A stretch of 46,411 nt of DNA, counting the filler, from Sphacelaria rigidula (lineage: Eukaryota): assembly GCA_964200075.2 (NCBI GenBank). It is 2 parts of 2 records of this genome, joined end to end, with 100 filler letters (N's around TTAATTAATTAA, not from the genome) between each part and the next. Parts side by side here need not be neighbours in the genome. Positions count along the whole stretch, not along the records: positions 23,265 to 46,411 come from CAXNAA020000284.1; 1 more part is not named here. One strand, 5' to 3'. Below are positions 34,747-46,411 of this stretch, in pieces. A program made the translations under genes and the position numbers. The notes under the pieces are model-generated. The model was not told the origin of the DNA. It did no database searches and worked only from the letters and a program-made list of their open reading frames with translations. Within the stretch, counting starts at the first letter, position 1; each line of letters opens with the position of its first letter.

Positions 34747-37700
34747 GTGCACTCAACCCTTTTCTGCTGATGCCTGCCTTGGTGTTTTATCCAAAAAGAT
34801 GTTGGTCCCGTGTGCCGCGCAATATGCCTGTGTTGTGGTCTGATGACTTCGCGTAATCTGTGCCGCTGAGGAAAAGCGGTCGAACGTGGGAGATTGGAAG
34901 AGAGTGGATTTTAGCGGCATGCTTTTCGAAGCACCTCAATCACCCGAGGATTACCCAAAGCGAATGTGTGGAATTGGACTACAAAAGCAGCTCGTTGCCT
35001 CTCATTCCCCCTACTGGTATCAGTGTTCGAATCATGAAGCCATTGAAGTACGATACGCGGGACAGCTGAAGACATCATCTGGGGTCATGATTTATTTTAG
35101 GACCGCAGATGTCGGGGGATGTCACCCCTCTTTTAATAAGATCGATTTTGTTGATGGGAAAGATTGAACCGTGGCAATATTGTCGTGAAGAGACGGCTAG
35201 CAGCGGAAAGTGTCCGATTAAGATGAGTTCCGATGTCAGCACGACCGCAATCTTTAAGAACATCGAGGCTAGAATAAAACATGACCAAACAAGTGTAATA
35301 ATTTGACATCCCTACGGGTGGACAGTATCGTAAATAGTCCTTATAGCCCAAGATAGACGTAGTTTGCTTTTGATGTAGCTAGTATCCTAGGCGCGCAAAT
35401 ATTGTTGTATGTTCGGGTGACGTCTGACGTCCCGTGTGCCTACCTGCTCTCGGGAAAAATACTTTTGAATTATGAATCATGACTTATGAGGTATCTTGTA
35501 TTTTGTTTTCATGTTCGGTGATCCAGGTGTCGAAGAAGGGGTGATACTCAACCGATTCTCTTCTAAGTTGACCCAGGTCAAGTCTCAGGGAGCGTCTCAG
35601 GCTATGCTGTTCGCCACAGGAATCACCAAGGATGACATGAACAAAGCCCAGGTATGCGCCGATGCTCCCAGGCGGATGTCACGATAGTTACCATTTGCCC
35701 TCTCTCGCAGTTCGCCTGCTTCTGTCATGAAAACACACGTGAAACTACCGGCTCATTAGAAGGTACCCCAGCCAGGTGGAGTCTGACCCCAAAAGGGAAT
35801 ACCGCGAGGAAAGTATAGAGGGCTAAGCTTTCGATAGGTACTACCGTATTGCCGCTGAAGTCGTCGACATCCCCGTTCGGTTCGTCCTTCGAGCTGACAT
35901 TATCACACCCCGGATGAGGGCAGTAGATCATTTTGTCAAGAAGTGTACTGCGTACAGTATCGACTAATTGCGTCTACAATAGTGCAATGGACAAAAGACA
36001 TCATACTGTACGCAGTACATTTTGTGGCAACGTAACCATTCGTCATCATTCAGGGCGTGGATATCATACGCACTGGAAAATAACACCAGCAACGTGCTTG
36101 AATTTCGTAGCGTTTTCCTCTGAAAAAAATACGAGCCTGATACTCTATGGCTGCTGTCTCCTGACTATCGCTGCTCAATGCCCCTCGTGCACCGATCATT
36201 GTCTAAGTGCAGATGGTCACTGATGTGTGTCTGACTATCTCAGTCCCTACTCTGTCGACCTTTCGCGTTCTTTGCTGAACGGGTGTTCTCAAGGTTGGTA
36301 TCTCCAGCGTGTGGTTCGAGGGAAACCCGTGCAACATGCATCTGCTCGACCTGGCCCAAGAGGTGGGTGACCTTGGTTTCTTGTTGGTTTCCCGTAGGCA
36401 CCAAGCCGCTTGCATACACGGCCTCGCATACACCCCATCGGTTGACGCTCTCTGCTTCAATTCTCGGTAGCCTGAAGTTCAAAGCCCCCCAGCGTTTGCG
36501 AAAAGGGCCCGGATCGCAGCAAGGGAAACGTGTGAGTGTCATACACGATCGCGATGTCAGGGTTTCGGAACAAGGTGTCGCGTGTATGGGATGTATGTGG
36601 ACTTGTTTGGCATGAACTTGTTGCGCTCATTGGTCGATTGATCCGTTGTCGCACACTGAGTGATACCCGAGGAAGTTATTCATGCCGTACTCATTTTACA
36701 GAGGATACGAGATGGGCGTAGTGTACTCAAGGTGAAGAAGAACGGAACTGCTTGCTGAAGAGAACAGAGAGCAGGCGCAGACAAAAGGAGGAGTTAACTG
36801 ATGGAAAAAAAAAAAAAACGATGTGTGTGTGTGTGTGTCTGCGTGTGTGTGTTTCTTTTATTCTTAGCAATACTATGAAAACATGGCACAGTTAGTCTGC
36901 CGTCACTCACGCGTCCATGTCGATGAGCGAGGCGGTAACCAACGGAGACTGTTTGACGTCAGCGAAAGCATCACGTTTTCGCATCTTGCTCGATTTGTCC
37001 TGTACCGGCCTCTTGGTGAAGACTCTTGGTGAAGAGATGCGTGACCCGGGATGGCGACACTTTTTTTTTGTAATCATTTTCCTTTATGGTTGCTGGTCTT
37101 CAAAGGATGGTCCGGTCTACGGTCTCATCATGATGGTTGATTATTACGTGAACTATGTCATCACTGGGCTGAGCTGCTCGCTGTGCCACTCGCCATGCTC
37201 CCATAAACAGGCGAAGCAAGGCGTCGTCGAGTCGGGAATGGTTGGCTACCGATTCAACACCATCGGCGTGTCAGACGGCATCTCCATGGGTACTAAAGGT
37301 GATGATGCCTTGTATCTGTGCACGCTTGCACCCAACGAAATTTTTTGGTAGTGCAGCAGTCATGCTGAGCAGAGCTACCTGCCTTTTTGCCAGGTCATGT
37401 CTATGGTAAAAAGCTTACTCGACCAGTGGTCGGATCTGGAACCTGAAGTCGACGGGGTACAGCATGCGTGACTTTTGCTTCTTCGTGAGAAGGTGTCATC
37501 ATCGGAGCTCTTGACAATTTTCACCCAGGTGTTCGACTTTTTTGTGTGGGTGCATTACCAAAGGAGATGTTCGTGTTCCCGAGGGTCCTTCTCGTGTCTC
37601 TTCCATTCCTCTGCGCATGTACACGAACACAACCGTTGCATGATGTGTCGACAGGGGCTTGGGTACTGTACAGATGGTCTCGTCAATAGTCCGTCAGCAC

Positions 37701-40700
37701 GGATGACCCAGTTTTTACGCGAACGATCGGAAATCAAACAACAACATAAGCAACAATCGCAACCCTCGCCGTGACCCTGGGGAACCTGACCTAACACGAT
37801 GCACTGGGGACATGTGTGCGCGACAGAGAGTTGAAGCAGTATTCTCACCCTTCCGCACCTTGCGCTCTGTACCCTCTGTACCCTCTGTACCCGATCCCTT
37901 GTGTTGATAGGCATGTCTTTTTCGTTGCAGTCCCGAGACGTGATCGCTGACTCCATCGAAACTGTCATGGGCGGTCAGTGGTACGACGCTAACATCGCCA
38001 TTCCGGGGTGTGACAAGAACATGCCTGGCTGTCTCATAGCTATGGGCAGACTCAATCGTCCCGCCATCATGGTAAGCTGCCGCTTTTGCTTTTGCTTGTT
38101 TCCGTCAGCATTTCTATGCAGGAGATTGGATGCTCGTCCTAGAGTTTCGGCAACTCTGCCGGCGAGTGGATACCGTTTGAGTCCACCGTATTTTGTGAGG
38201 AGATTTACAACGCTCGTTGCAGCTTTTGAAGTCGCGTCCAGTATGGTTCGCTTCAAGAGTCAATGCGAATGGATTTGTAGTGATTTTGATGCTGTGTGAG
38301 CTCTCGACAAACTCGACATGACCCTCTTTCAGTCAGCAGTTTCTGTCACTGTCGTGGGACTTGCAATAGATCTCACGCTAGCTGACGCTAGCTTTCAACG
38401 CGCACTTGGAACGTATGTTGATGGATTGACTCACCAAGGTAACAAGTTGTTGCTACCCTCAGTTTATTTCCGTTGTCAACCTATAATCCCCCCCCCCCTC
38501 CCGCCCACTCCTTTCTCGGGAAGAGTCCGTGGTGTCAAGGATCAATCCATATCTCCCCCGACACACGCCTTACACTTTGTTATTGCGGATTAGATCATCA
38601 CCACCATATCCGTACCGCGTCAAATGTCATCAAACACACTCAGCCGAACAGCTGTGTTTGATACTCACATACATCCTCACGCTTTTAAGGGGGGAAATCA
38701 AGTCTTTGTCACAAACAAGCTAAGCTAGACGCACCCAGAGGGAATCGAACCCGCTTTTCTCCTGCTGTAGTGCCCTAATGCTGAGATGTGACAGCTGTAC
38801 CTGTACCATTGATCTCCACACCGCCAGGGCGCGGTTCTATTGCAGTGGGGACAAGCTCCGTCATCATGAGCGTTGCTGTCTTGGAAAGCGCGAGGAAAGT
38901 TGGGAATAATTACTCGAAGCAAAGGTTCCAACGTGACATGCATTGACATACATCAGCATTGCGATATGGCATCATCCATAGAGGAAAGCCTTGCCTTATT
39001 TTTCGGATCATGACCAGGTGTACGGCGGAACAATCCGTGCCGGCAAGACGACAGGATTCGACCAGCTTGACATCGTTTCAGCCTTCCAGGCCTATGGAGA
39101 ATTCGCGTACGATAGGATAACTGAGGTGAGTGAGACACGTTGCCAAGCCGGGAAAAGGGAATGATGCACGGGTCGCAATCGTCCGGTGTCAGGACTCATG
39201 ATGTTCGCGGCTTACGACGTGTGCACCAAAAGCTCTTCCCATCGTGGATCCGGCTTTTAGGGTCGTCTCCCTACCCAGTAAGCGACCCCATTTCGTTGCT
39301 CAATCACAAAATCGCGAACGTTTGGCGTTTGTGGTGTGTACCCGTTTGTTGTAGAGTGTATCTTATTTCGTCTCTCCCCTCTCGAGTTTCCTTTGGTAAC
39401 AGCGAGGGTGTTTGCGTTTGGCTGGCGTTGGGGACGTTCATGTTGTGACCAGGGCGACATCCCTCGTTGATGCTGATCATTTAGTGTTGTTGCTACTGTT
39501 TTTCGCACTGGCGTTTCCCTAGAAATCTGGTGTCCTTGGTCACAAAGCCGTGGCATGAGAGGCAGAATGGAAGGAGAAATGAAAACTACGCCCACGAACA
39601 GGAAAGCCCGGCGCCCCCAAGAGCGGGTTCCTACACTCACGTCAGCAAGAAGAGAAAATAAAAATGCAAAAGAATACTTACGTACGACTCAGAATGATGA
39701 GCGAAAATGATGAGCGAAAAAAAAAAGTGGTCGGCTAGTACATGGTGATTTAGTATACGATAGATGGGGCATGAGAGGCCGAAAAGGCTGAATGGGGAAA
39801 CTTCACAGGTCCGCATTTCGAACAATACAATATAGTATAGTAGTGTTGGCGTCTCTCAATCGGAGCAATCCGTGACGACATGATTGCATGATGACATGCT
39901 GGGATGGATGTCGTGCCACCGAACCAAAAAATGTGAAAAGGGGAGGAAACCGTTGAACGTTCCCTCCTTCGTCGACACACCCAACTCTGACCGGCGGTTT
40001 GAAAAAGGTTAATCTGTCGTTGTCCACCGCGTGAACTCGATCTTTTTCAGGAACAACGTCAAGACATTGTCGAACACGCTTGTCCCGGACCCGGCGCGTG
40101 CGGGGGTATGTACACCGCCAACACCATGGCCAGCGCTATCGAGGTGACATGTCGTTGTTTTCTTATGACGGAAACTGGTGACAGCCGGAGGGATACCTTG
40201 GAACGTGTATGGGTGACATATTCACACGTCTTCACTCTTGTGCAGTTATGGGAATCACGGTTTGATATATTAAGATAGGATATCCAGATATTGCGCACGA
40301 ACGAGTTGAAGACAAGGACGTTCAATGTACAGAAATTTCGGATGCATTGTTAGCCTCCGCTTGAAAAAAAAATCGCCTTGGGACCATGTGAGAATCGGAA
40401 ACTGTTTTTCAGCTCGACCAATCGTGCTTTGGATATGTTTTCTGTGGACACCACGGGGTTTGTCCGTGCATCGCGATCCTCTCTTTCCAGTCTCTCACGC
40501 TGCTAACATCCCAGAGTAATGTTCTGGTGTAGATGGTTCGCTTTCTTGTCTCCCGAATTCGTTCGCCTCCTCTCCGCCGTGCTTTGCTTCTCTACACTCA
40601 TGCCTCAAGTGTGTGTTAGCATGGTATCCCATTCCGCTGTTTCTTTTGGTGCTTACGTTCGCCTTGCCTTTGACTTTTTAATGTTTCACTGTGGGGGGGG

Positions 40701-43700
40701 CTCTCCTTTGTCAGGCGCTGGGCATGAGTCTGCCATACTCATCGTCCACACCTGCCGACGACCCGATGAAGAAGGAGGAGTGCCACAAAGCCGCCGCTGC
40801 TGTCCGGAACATGTTGGAAAAGGTATGCCACAAGAAGCACGAGCACATGCTATCAAATGACGCGCATATATGTATATATATGCGATAAGACGCGAGGTGA
40901 GGTGTGCTATTACCCCGAGACCAAGGTGTTGTAAAATGACTGAATCACTCGCAGTGCGTAAAACATTTATGTATAGCGCCCCAACCTTATGCCACCGATC
41001 TCGCGCATTTTGAGCACAAGAGCCATCGACATATGCGTACCTCGGGTCGTTCTTAACGATGGAAACAGAGTCATTTTTCCACACATGCACGTTTTCCATG
41101 CACACTTTCAATTTCTTTCTATTTTTGCTATCGATGGAAAGCGAGGTCATTTTTTACACATAATTCAGGCTGCCCACGCATGCTTTCCATTTCGTTACAG
41201 TTTTTTCCCACGATGGAAAGCGAGGTCATTTTTTACACATAATTCAGGCTGTCCACGCACGCTTTCCACTCCGTTACAGTTTTTTCCTACGATGGAAAGC
41301 GAGGTCATTTTTTACACATACTTCAGGCTGTCCACGCACGCTCTCCATTTCGTTACAGTTTTTTCCCACGATGGAAAGCGAGGTCATTTTTTACACATAA
41401 TTCAGGCTGTCCACGCACGCTTTCCATTCCGTTACAGTTTTTTCCTACGATGGAAAGCGAGGTCATTTTTTACACATACTTCAGGCTGTCCACGCACGCT
41501 CTCCATTTCGTTACAGTTTTTTCCTACGATGGAAAGCAAGGTCATTTTTTCCACATATGCAGGTTGTCCACCCACACTCCATTTTACTTCATCTTTTTTC
41601 GAAAATGCGCTCGTTTTCCCCCCCCATCCCAATGCTCACTTTTCTTACCAGATTCTGAAAGTGGAAACCCCCACAAATCAGCGCTGCCGCTTTGTCTCTC
41701 GCAATCTTGGGCACCACGTACAGCCTGGGTACTACCCTCAACATGTTTACGCTGCATGTAGATATGATCTTGCTGTCTCCGGAGGGTTGCCATGATGTTA
41801 TTTTGTTATTAGGCGGGTGACACGGTGTAATGAGATGCGAGATGTACAACGGTGGACCCAAACCTTTCTGGCACGACATATCGTTCTTCTCCTGTTCTTC
41901 CCGAGGGGAGATAGAAAAGGTTTTGACAAGTTTCCAAAAACTCCCTCCACCGTAAAAATGCGAGCTTTACTCGGAGCTGATTTGGTGGTTATGAGCAGAA
42001 ACAGCACGTCGGGGCCATGGTTCGGAAGTGCCGCCGGTGTACACTTGCGTTGGCGTGTTCTAGCCATCCATGGGTTGAAGCTGTAGCTCCAGTTCTTCGC
42101 GGTGCCTTTCCTTTCCCTGCCTGCTTGTTTTTTGTTTGGTTTTTGTCATTGCTATGTTTTGTTCCGTCTTTTCTGTCAGCTTACTTGCTTATCCCTTGTT
42201 CATTTCGTTGTTTTGGCTTCCGCTCGTCCTGGTTTTCGGCGAGCATTCCCGTTTTGTTTTGCCTTACCTTGGCTACAGAACGTCAATCTTGTGAGCACCA
42301 CCGTGTCTCTGACAAATGACTCAATGTACGACATCCGATTCAGTCCATCAGTGATACCATCAGATCACAGGTACACCCCCTGTCCTCATGGGTGCATCAG
42401 ACGGTTGACGACAGCTCTACCCGGTATTTTGCCATGCTGTATTCCTCTCCACGACTCTTCTCTGCTGCGCTAGGCGGTACTCGTTGCCGAAATAGCTTTT
42501 TTTTTTTGGCGACTGTCTACTATCACCTCCAACGCCTGTTGTCTCCACCACCTTTCCCCCGTCAACTATTGCAGGACCTGAAGCCCAAGGACATCGTGAG
42601 CCGCGCGTCGTTCGAGAACGCCATGGTGACCGTCATGGCGCTGGGGGGCTCCACCAATGCCGTCCTGCACCTGATCGCCATGGCGAAGGCGTTCGACATC
42701 GAACTCACCATCGACGACTTCCAGAAAGTGCGTGCTCTTTGCAACGGTTCGCTTCTCTTCCCAATGTTGAAAACAAGAGAAAAAAAGCACTGCAGAAATA
42801 AAACTTGGCTTGTGTAGTCGTGGAAGCGAACCCGGGAGCATCGTCTGATCTCTAATCCATCGCTGGGTACGAGAACCTTCCCTGCGATTTATTCCCGAGT
42901 ATTGGATCATGGATGATGACTACTGTTTTCGTTTTTTGGAGTTTTCACGAGACGGGATCCTCAACTTGGAAACCAATGAGATGAAGTTGTCTTCACCGGA
43001 GGTCGAAGCCAACACAAGCAGCACCGACCGACAATGTAGCAGGGTATCCAACAGGGCTTGATTCTTGTGTCTGATACGGCGTAATGCGTGCGTTGCGCCA
43101 GCACTAGAGCAGGAATCGTGCTGGTATATTCAAAATAGGGATGACTGAATGATGACCAAGTAGAACTGTCACCGATTATTTTTGTTTTTCTGGTGAATGG
43201 TGTAGGATCATCACAATTGACATCACAATTGACATCACCATCACCAACCAGGTATTGCTTGCAAGTTGAGCTCACACACTTCCCACCAATTGCCATGCTG
43301 TACATTCTGCTACTGGGTTACTCGTATCCAGATTAGCGAAAGTATATCTTGTCCCGACATATGTAGCGAAGCGTTTCGCCAGACGAAGAATCAGAAGGTG
43401 TCACCAGATGGAACAAAATTACGCCGCACAGTGCTTGACGTTAGCTTCTCGCGCAAGACGTGCAGTTTTCGACCGCAGAGGGGTCGTCCCACTTGAGATG
43501 AACCCCAAAGGTGTTGGCGTTGTTTTGGATTTGTTGGAATTGTTGTTGGTGTTGGAAGTCACGATACCGCAACAACAAGAACGGCCTGGCAACGAGCATC
43601 GTGTGCATTTCAACACATACCTAGACCTAGGGCAATGGCCTATAAAAGGTAAAGGTACCAAAAATGGCCAGAAACGCGAAAATAGCCATTTGACCGTTTT

Positions 43701-44430
43701 CGCTCCAGAGTCAAACTTGTGAAGCACATCATTCGAGGGGGGCATTGGCACTCCGTGTTGTGCTGTTATCGCGCTTCTGGCCATTTTTCGTACCTTTCCT
43801 AGGCAAAAAACGAGGAGGTATACCTTTTATAGGCCATTGCCTTGAGATTTGACCGTTTAGGAACCATTCATGGAAACGTGACGATTCACAAAGTGCCATA
43901 TGCGAGCTTTGACCACGGGGAAAACGTTAGTTGGAGTTCGGTGCACGAATATTTTACAGAAGTATACTCGAACTTGGAGCAGTGCACCGTTCTGGTGGGC
44001 TGCGACATCAACATTTGCAGAATAGCAACCATATATTGCCCGAGAAACCATCCATTGTAAATTATCACTTTTCTATCAACGGTTCCAAAAGAGTTAAGCC
44101 GGCCAAGTGACATCCGCGGCGAGCTATTTTACGTGTCATACTCCAGTCCGTCTGTATCCTGTGCGGGATCGGTTTCTGGTTTTGAGTTTTTCCTGGTCAC
44201 GGTCGTCACGGTCGTCTCCCGGCGTTATCTTTTCCCTGCTGTTTCGCTTGGTTTTGTGTTGTGTGCTTGTCCGGGAAGGTGTCGAACAAGGTGCCCTTCC
44301 TGGCAGACTTGAAGCCCAGCGGGAAGTACGTCATGGAGGACTTGCAGGCAGTAGGGGGAGTCCCTGCGGTGCTGAAAATGCTCATGGAGGAGGGCTTCAT
44401 CGATGGGTCTTGCATGACCGTCACGGGAAA
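34572..44430 (+). CDS. ilvD: Dihydroxy-acid dehydratase (DHAD), nuclear-encoded plastid-targeted precursor; 5' part only, gene continues beyond the window
   Basis: Ten GT-AG exons join in consistent phase: 34572-34746, 35527-35651, 36294-36362, 37211-37298, 37911-38071, 39018-39125, 40051-40143, 40715-40822, 42575-42727, 44279-44430. The spliced protein has DHAD motifs [96 protein letters not shown] and [13 protein letters not shown]. The C-terminal portion is absent from the window. Confidence 0.97.
35527..35651 (+). CDS. ilvD: ilvD exon 2
   Basis: [44 protein letters not shown] acceptor, GTATGC donor. Confidence 0.93.
36294..36362 (+). CDS. ilvD: ilvD exon 3
   Basis: [26 protein letters not shown] acceptor, GTGGGT donor. 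Confidence 0.93.
37211..37298 (+). CDS. ilvD: ilvD exon 4
   Basis: [32 protein letters not shown] acceptor, GTGATG donor. Confidence 0.94.
37911..38071 (+). CDS. ilvD: ilvD exon 5
   Basis: [56 protein letters not shown] acceptor, GTAAGC donor. Confidence 0.96.
38509..38832 (-). mobile_element. tRNA-derived SINE family A, diverged copy 3 (ilvD intron 5)
   Basis: Shared body (CTCGGGAAGAGTCCGTGGT...CTCACGCTTT) and GGGAATCGAACCC; longer spacing between the A- and B-box regions. Confidence 0.65.
39018..39125 (+). CDS. ilvD: ilvD exon 6
   Basis: [39 protein letters not shown] acceptor, GTGAGT donor. Confidence 0.94.
40051..40143 (+). CDS. ilvD: ilvD exon 7
   Basis: [34 protein letters not shown] acceptor, GTGACA donor. 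Confidence 0.95.
40715..40822 (+). CDS. ilvD: ilvD exon 8
   Basis: [39 protein letters not shown] acceptor, GTATGC donor. Confidence 0.94.
41055..41585. repeat. 79-bp minisatellite in ilvD intron 8
   Basis: GATGGAAAG anchor at 41133, 41212, 41291, 41370, 41449 and 41528, plus a degenerate copy at 41058. Confidence 0.96.
42575..42727 (+). CDS. ilvD: ilvD exon 9
   Basis: [54 protein letters not shown] acceptor, GTGCGT donor. Confidence 0.96.
43631..43841. mobile_element. MITE, possibly PIF/Harbinger (Tourist)-like, in ilvD intron 9
   Basis: Perfect 21-bp TIR GGCAATGGCCTATAAAAGGTA plus an inner inverted repeat AAAAATGGCCAGAA; 3-bp flanks imperfect (TAG/TTG), so the superfamily is uncertain. 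Confidence 0.8.
44279..44430 (+). CDS. ilvD: ilvD exon 10
   Basis: [53 protein letters not shown] acceptor, GTGAGT donor. Confidence 0.94.
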
Positions 44431-44594
44431 GTGAGTGGTGCAGCCGTCTACTCGTTGCCGTCTTCTCTGGCCTAAATATTTTTTTCAGCTATCGGCGTTG
44501 AGTTATTTCAGCGTCATCAGCGCTCCAATCTCGGCCGAAGTGAAATTGAACGAATCGCCATTCTGAGGACAGTAGTCTAGTAGTTCTCCGTATA

Positions 44595-45780
44595 CCATCT
44601 GGGCCAGCCTGGACACGGCTTCAAGCTCTCAAAGCAATATCTCGTCCACACGGACGAGTTGGGCCACGATCCGCATTTTGTATTAATCGTCTAACCAAGG
44701 GGAAGGTGCCCATCTGCTCAACATTTTGGGCCCATATTTTGTCGTTGATTCAGCCCCATGTCTTGTAATTCCTCTACCTAACGGAGGAATCGTCCGTACT
44801 AAAATCTCCATGGAACCCTCGATCGATTCATTCAGCGGATGACGACGAATTTTGGTTTGGACATTCCCTGGAGCACGGAAGACGATGGATATCCTCACCT
44901 TCACCTAATTCGTTATCTATCTCGAGATACGGCGCACATAAGTTTCCATACTGAAATCAGTATATTATAAGCAGATGCACTAGATTAACTAAACCTGGAT
45001 ATCGCGTCTCAGTTTTTGAGATTTATGCTATGAAATTTGGTATGGAGAAGCGCTAGTGCAAAATAAAACTCATGGGCACAGCCTTTTCATTTTTTTCGTT
45101 TTTTTTTTTTATTTTTATCGGGTTTTTGGGGGAGTTTGGAGGAGAACTGAAGACTACTTTCGGGTCTTACCTATTCGTTTTAGCTCAATTTTTTAAAATG
45201 TAATTCGAAACTCAGGATAAAGAACCACAGAGGTATGCTGAATATAAAAAAAAAAATCGGCCCTCGTTTTTTGGGGGGGGAGGGAAGGGTTCGGGCGTTC
45301 CCGTAAAAAATGGTGGTTTCTACACTAAATCGCCCTAAACCAGTGAAAACAAATCAACCTGATACACCTTTTCCCGTCAATTATGCCCTAGCCACGACCC
45401 ACACGAAGTTTCAATACACAAACACCAAGCGTGGGCCGATAAGTGGCCTGCAAAATACTGTTCTGAATTTATTCTGACACCGTCACTAAACGACTCATCA
45501 TACGACCAGTACTTGAAATTGGACCCTGAAATTTGGTATGGACAATGAACAATTACTAGTACGTATATATATATATATATTTTCCCATGAGTTGAGGGCA
45601 ATAGTCAGTTTTGAGGTATCAGTAAAATGCTCCTAACTCATGAAAAAAAAGCTTGTGGTGCACTGGTGATTGTCTTGATTGTGCCGTATTGTCCATACCA
45701 AATTTCAGTGTCTGGCTCCAAATATTGGCCGTACAGTGGGCCTGCGAGCTACAAATCCGCTTCTCGGCTGGCCCAGCTCG
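44595..45780. mobile_element. Mariner-like non-autonomous element in ilvD intron 10
   Basis: TA|CCATCTGGGCCAGCC...GGCTGGCCCAGCTCG|TA; internal AAATTTGGTATGGA repeats in both orientations; partial second copy at 19762-20313. Confidence 0.75.
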
Positions 45781-46153
45781 TACAGATTTGATGAGTTGCG
45801 GCTCCGCAGCGGAGGGAGACAACAAAAGTTTGTTTCGTGACGCCTCGTTTACCGGAGTTTGGTTCTTACACTGGTTGAAAATGATGTCGATATTCCCGGT
45901 TGCCTGGGTTTGGCAGCCGCTGGCAGGTCATGAACTGGTTGTGCCTTTCGCATCAATGTCTTGATACAAGGACCTCATACCGCTTTGATGAATATATTCC
46001 TTTCCCCAGATTGTGGCGGATGTTAGTAGTCAAACTCTATGGTATTCACTCAATCGACAATTTTTGCAGACGATGTTGTACTTCACTTGAGACTTGAGAG
46101 TCGGTAGTGTGTGTGTGTGTGTAGTCATCCCATCTACTCTGGACGCCGGTCTA

Positions 46154-46339
46154 CACCTTTCATTATGTATGTGGGCGCAGTCGGGGGTCACACAGGAGGA
46201 AGGCCAAAACAGGAGTTATTTTTTATTTTTCAGTTCTTTTAGTTCTCCGCTTTCTTTCTGCGGTGCTTGCCGCTACTTTCTTATCGCGAGAGGGGTCCAG
46301 CAGTCCCTTTCCCTCGTCGACCGTCGAGTCGAGTTTTTG
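46154..46339 (-). mobile_element. SINE family B body, second copy (ilvD intron 10)
   Basis: Reverse complement of about 30500-30690 (GGGGTCACACAGGAGGAAGGCCAA, CCTTTCCCTCGTCGACC). Confidence 0.7.
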
Positions 46340-46411
46340 CAAGGGTCGGACAAATAATGATTCGTCTGGAAATTACTTGGGTTCAGTATAATGAGTTGAC
46401 TCGTGACGAAT

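Noticed and set aside
40989..41795. 268-aa ORF inside ilvD intron 8
   Set aside because: Produced by the 79-bp tandem repeat cycling through reading frames; no domain or independent gene signals.
41800..42340. Possible retroposon 3' remnant in ilvD intron 8
   Set aside because: Only vague compositional similarity to the 33712-34005 insert; no diagnostic motif.

Overview
Eukaryotic, intron- and transposon-rich nuclear DNA. An ochrophyte, most likely a brown alga, is inferred from the bipartite plastid-targeting presequence, the roughly 0.6-1.8 kb GT-AG introns of ilvD and the repeat landscape. One gene is clearly recognisable: a plastid-targeted dihydroxy-acid dehydratase (ilvD/DHAD, + strand, 10 exons traced from 34572 to 44430, continuing past the window). 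A second multi-exon gene on the - strand (about 16879 to 10365, possibly further) encodes an acidic low-complexity protein of unknown function. The rest is mostly mobile DNA: a decayed Ty1/copia element with both LTRs and a 5-bp TSD, LINE remnants associated with poly-C tracts, two tRNA-headed SINE families, hAT-, piggyBac-, mariner/pogo- and Harbinger-like MITEs, foldback elements, and 188-bp and 79-bp tandem arrays. A 100-bp assembly gap lies at 23165-23264. I found no prokaryote-type or CRISPR system and nothing I can call a new biological system with confidence. The most unusual signals are the apparent poly-C target preference of the LINE family and a three-level nested inverted-repeat element at 18.3-20.6 kb. 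All alignments and counts were done by eye.
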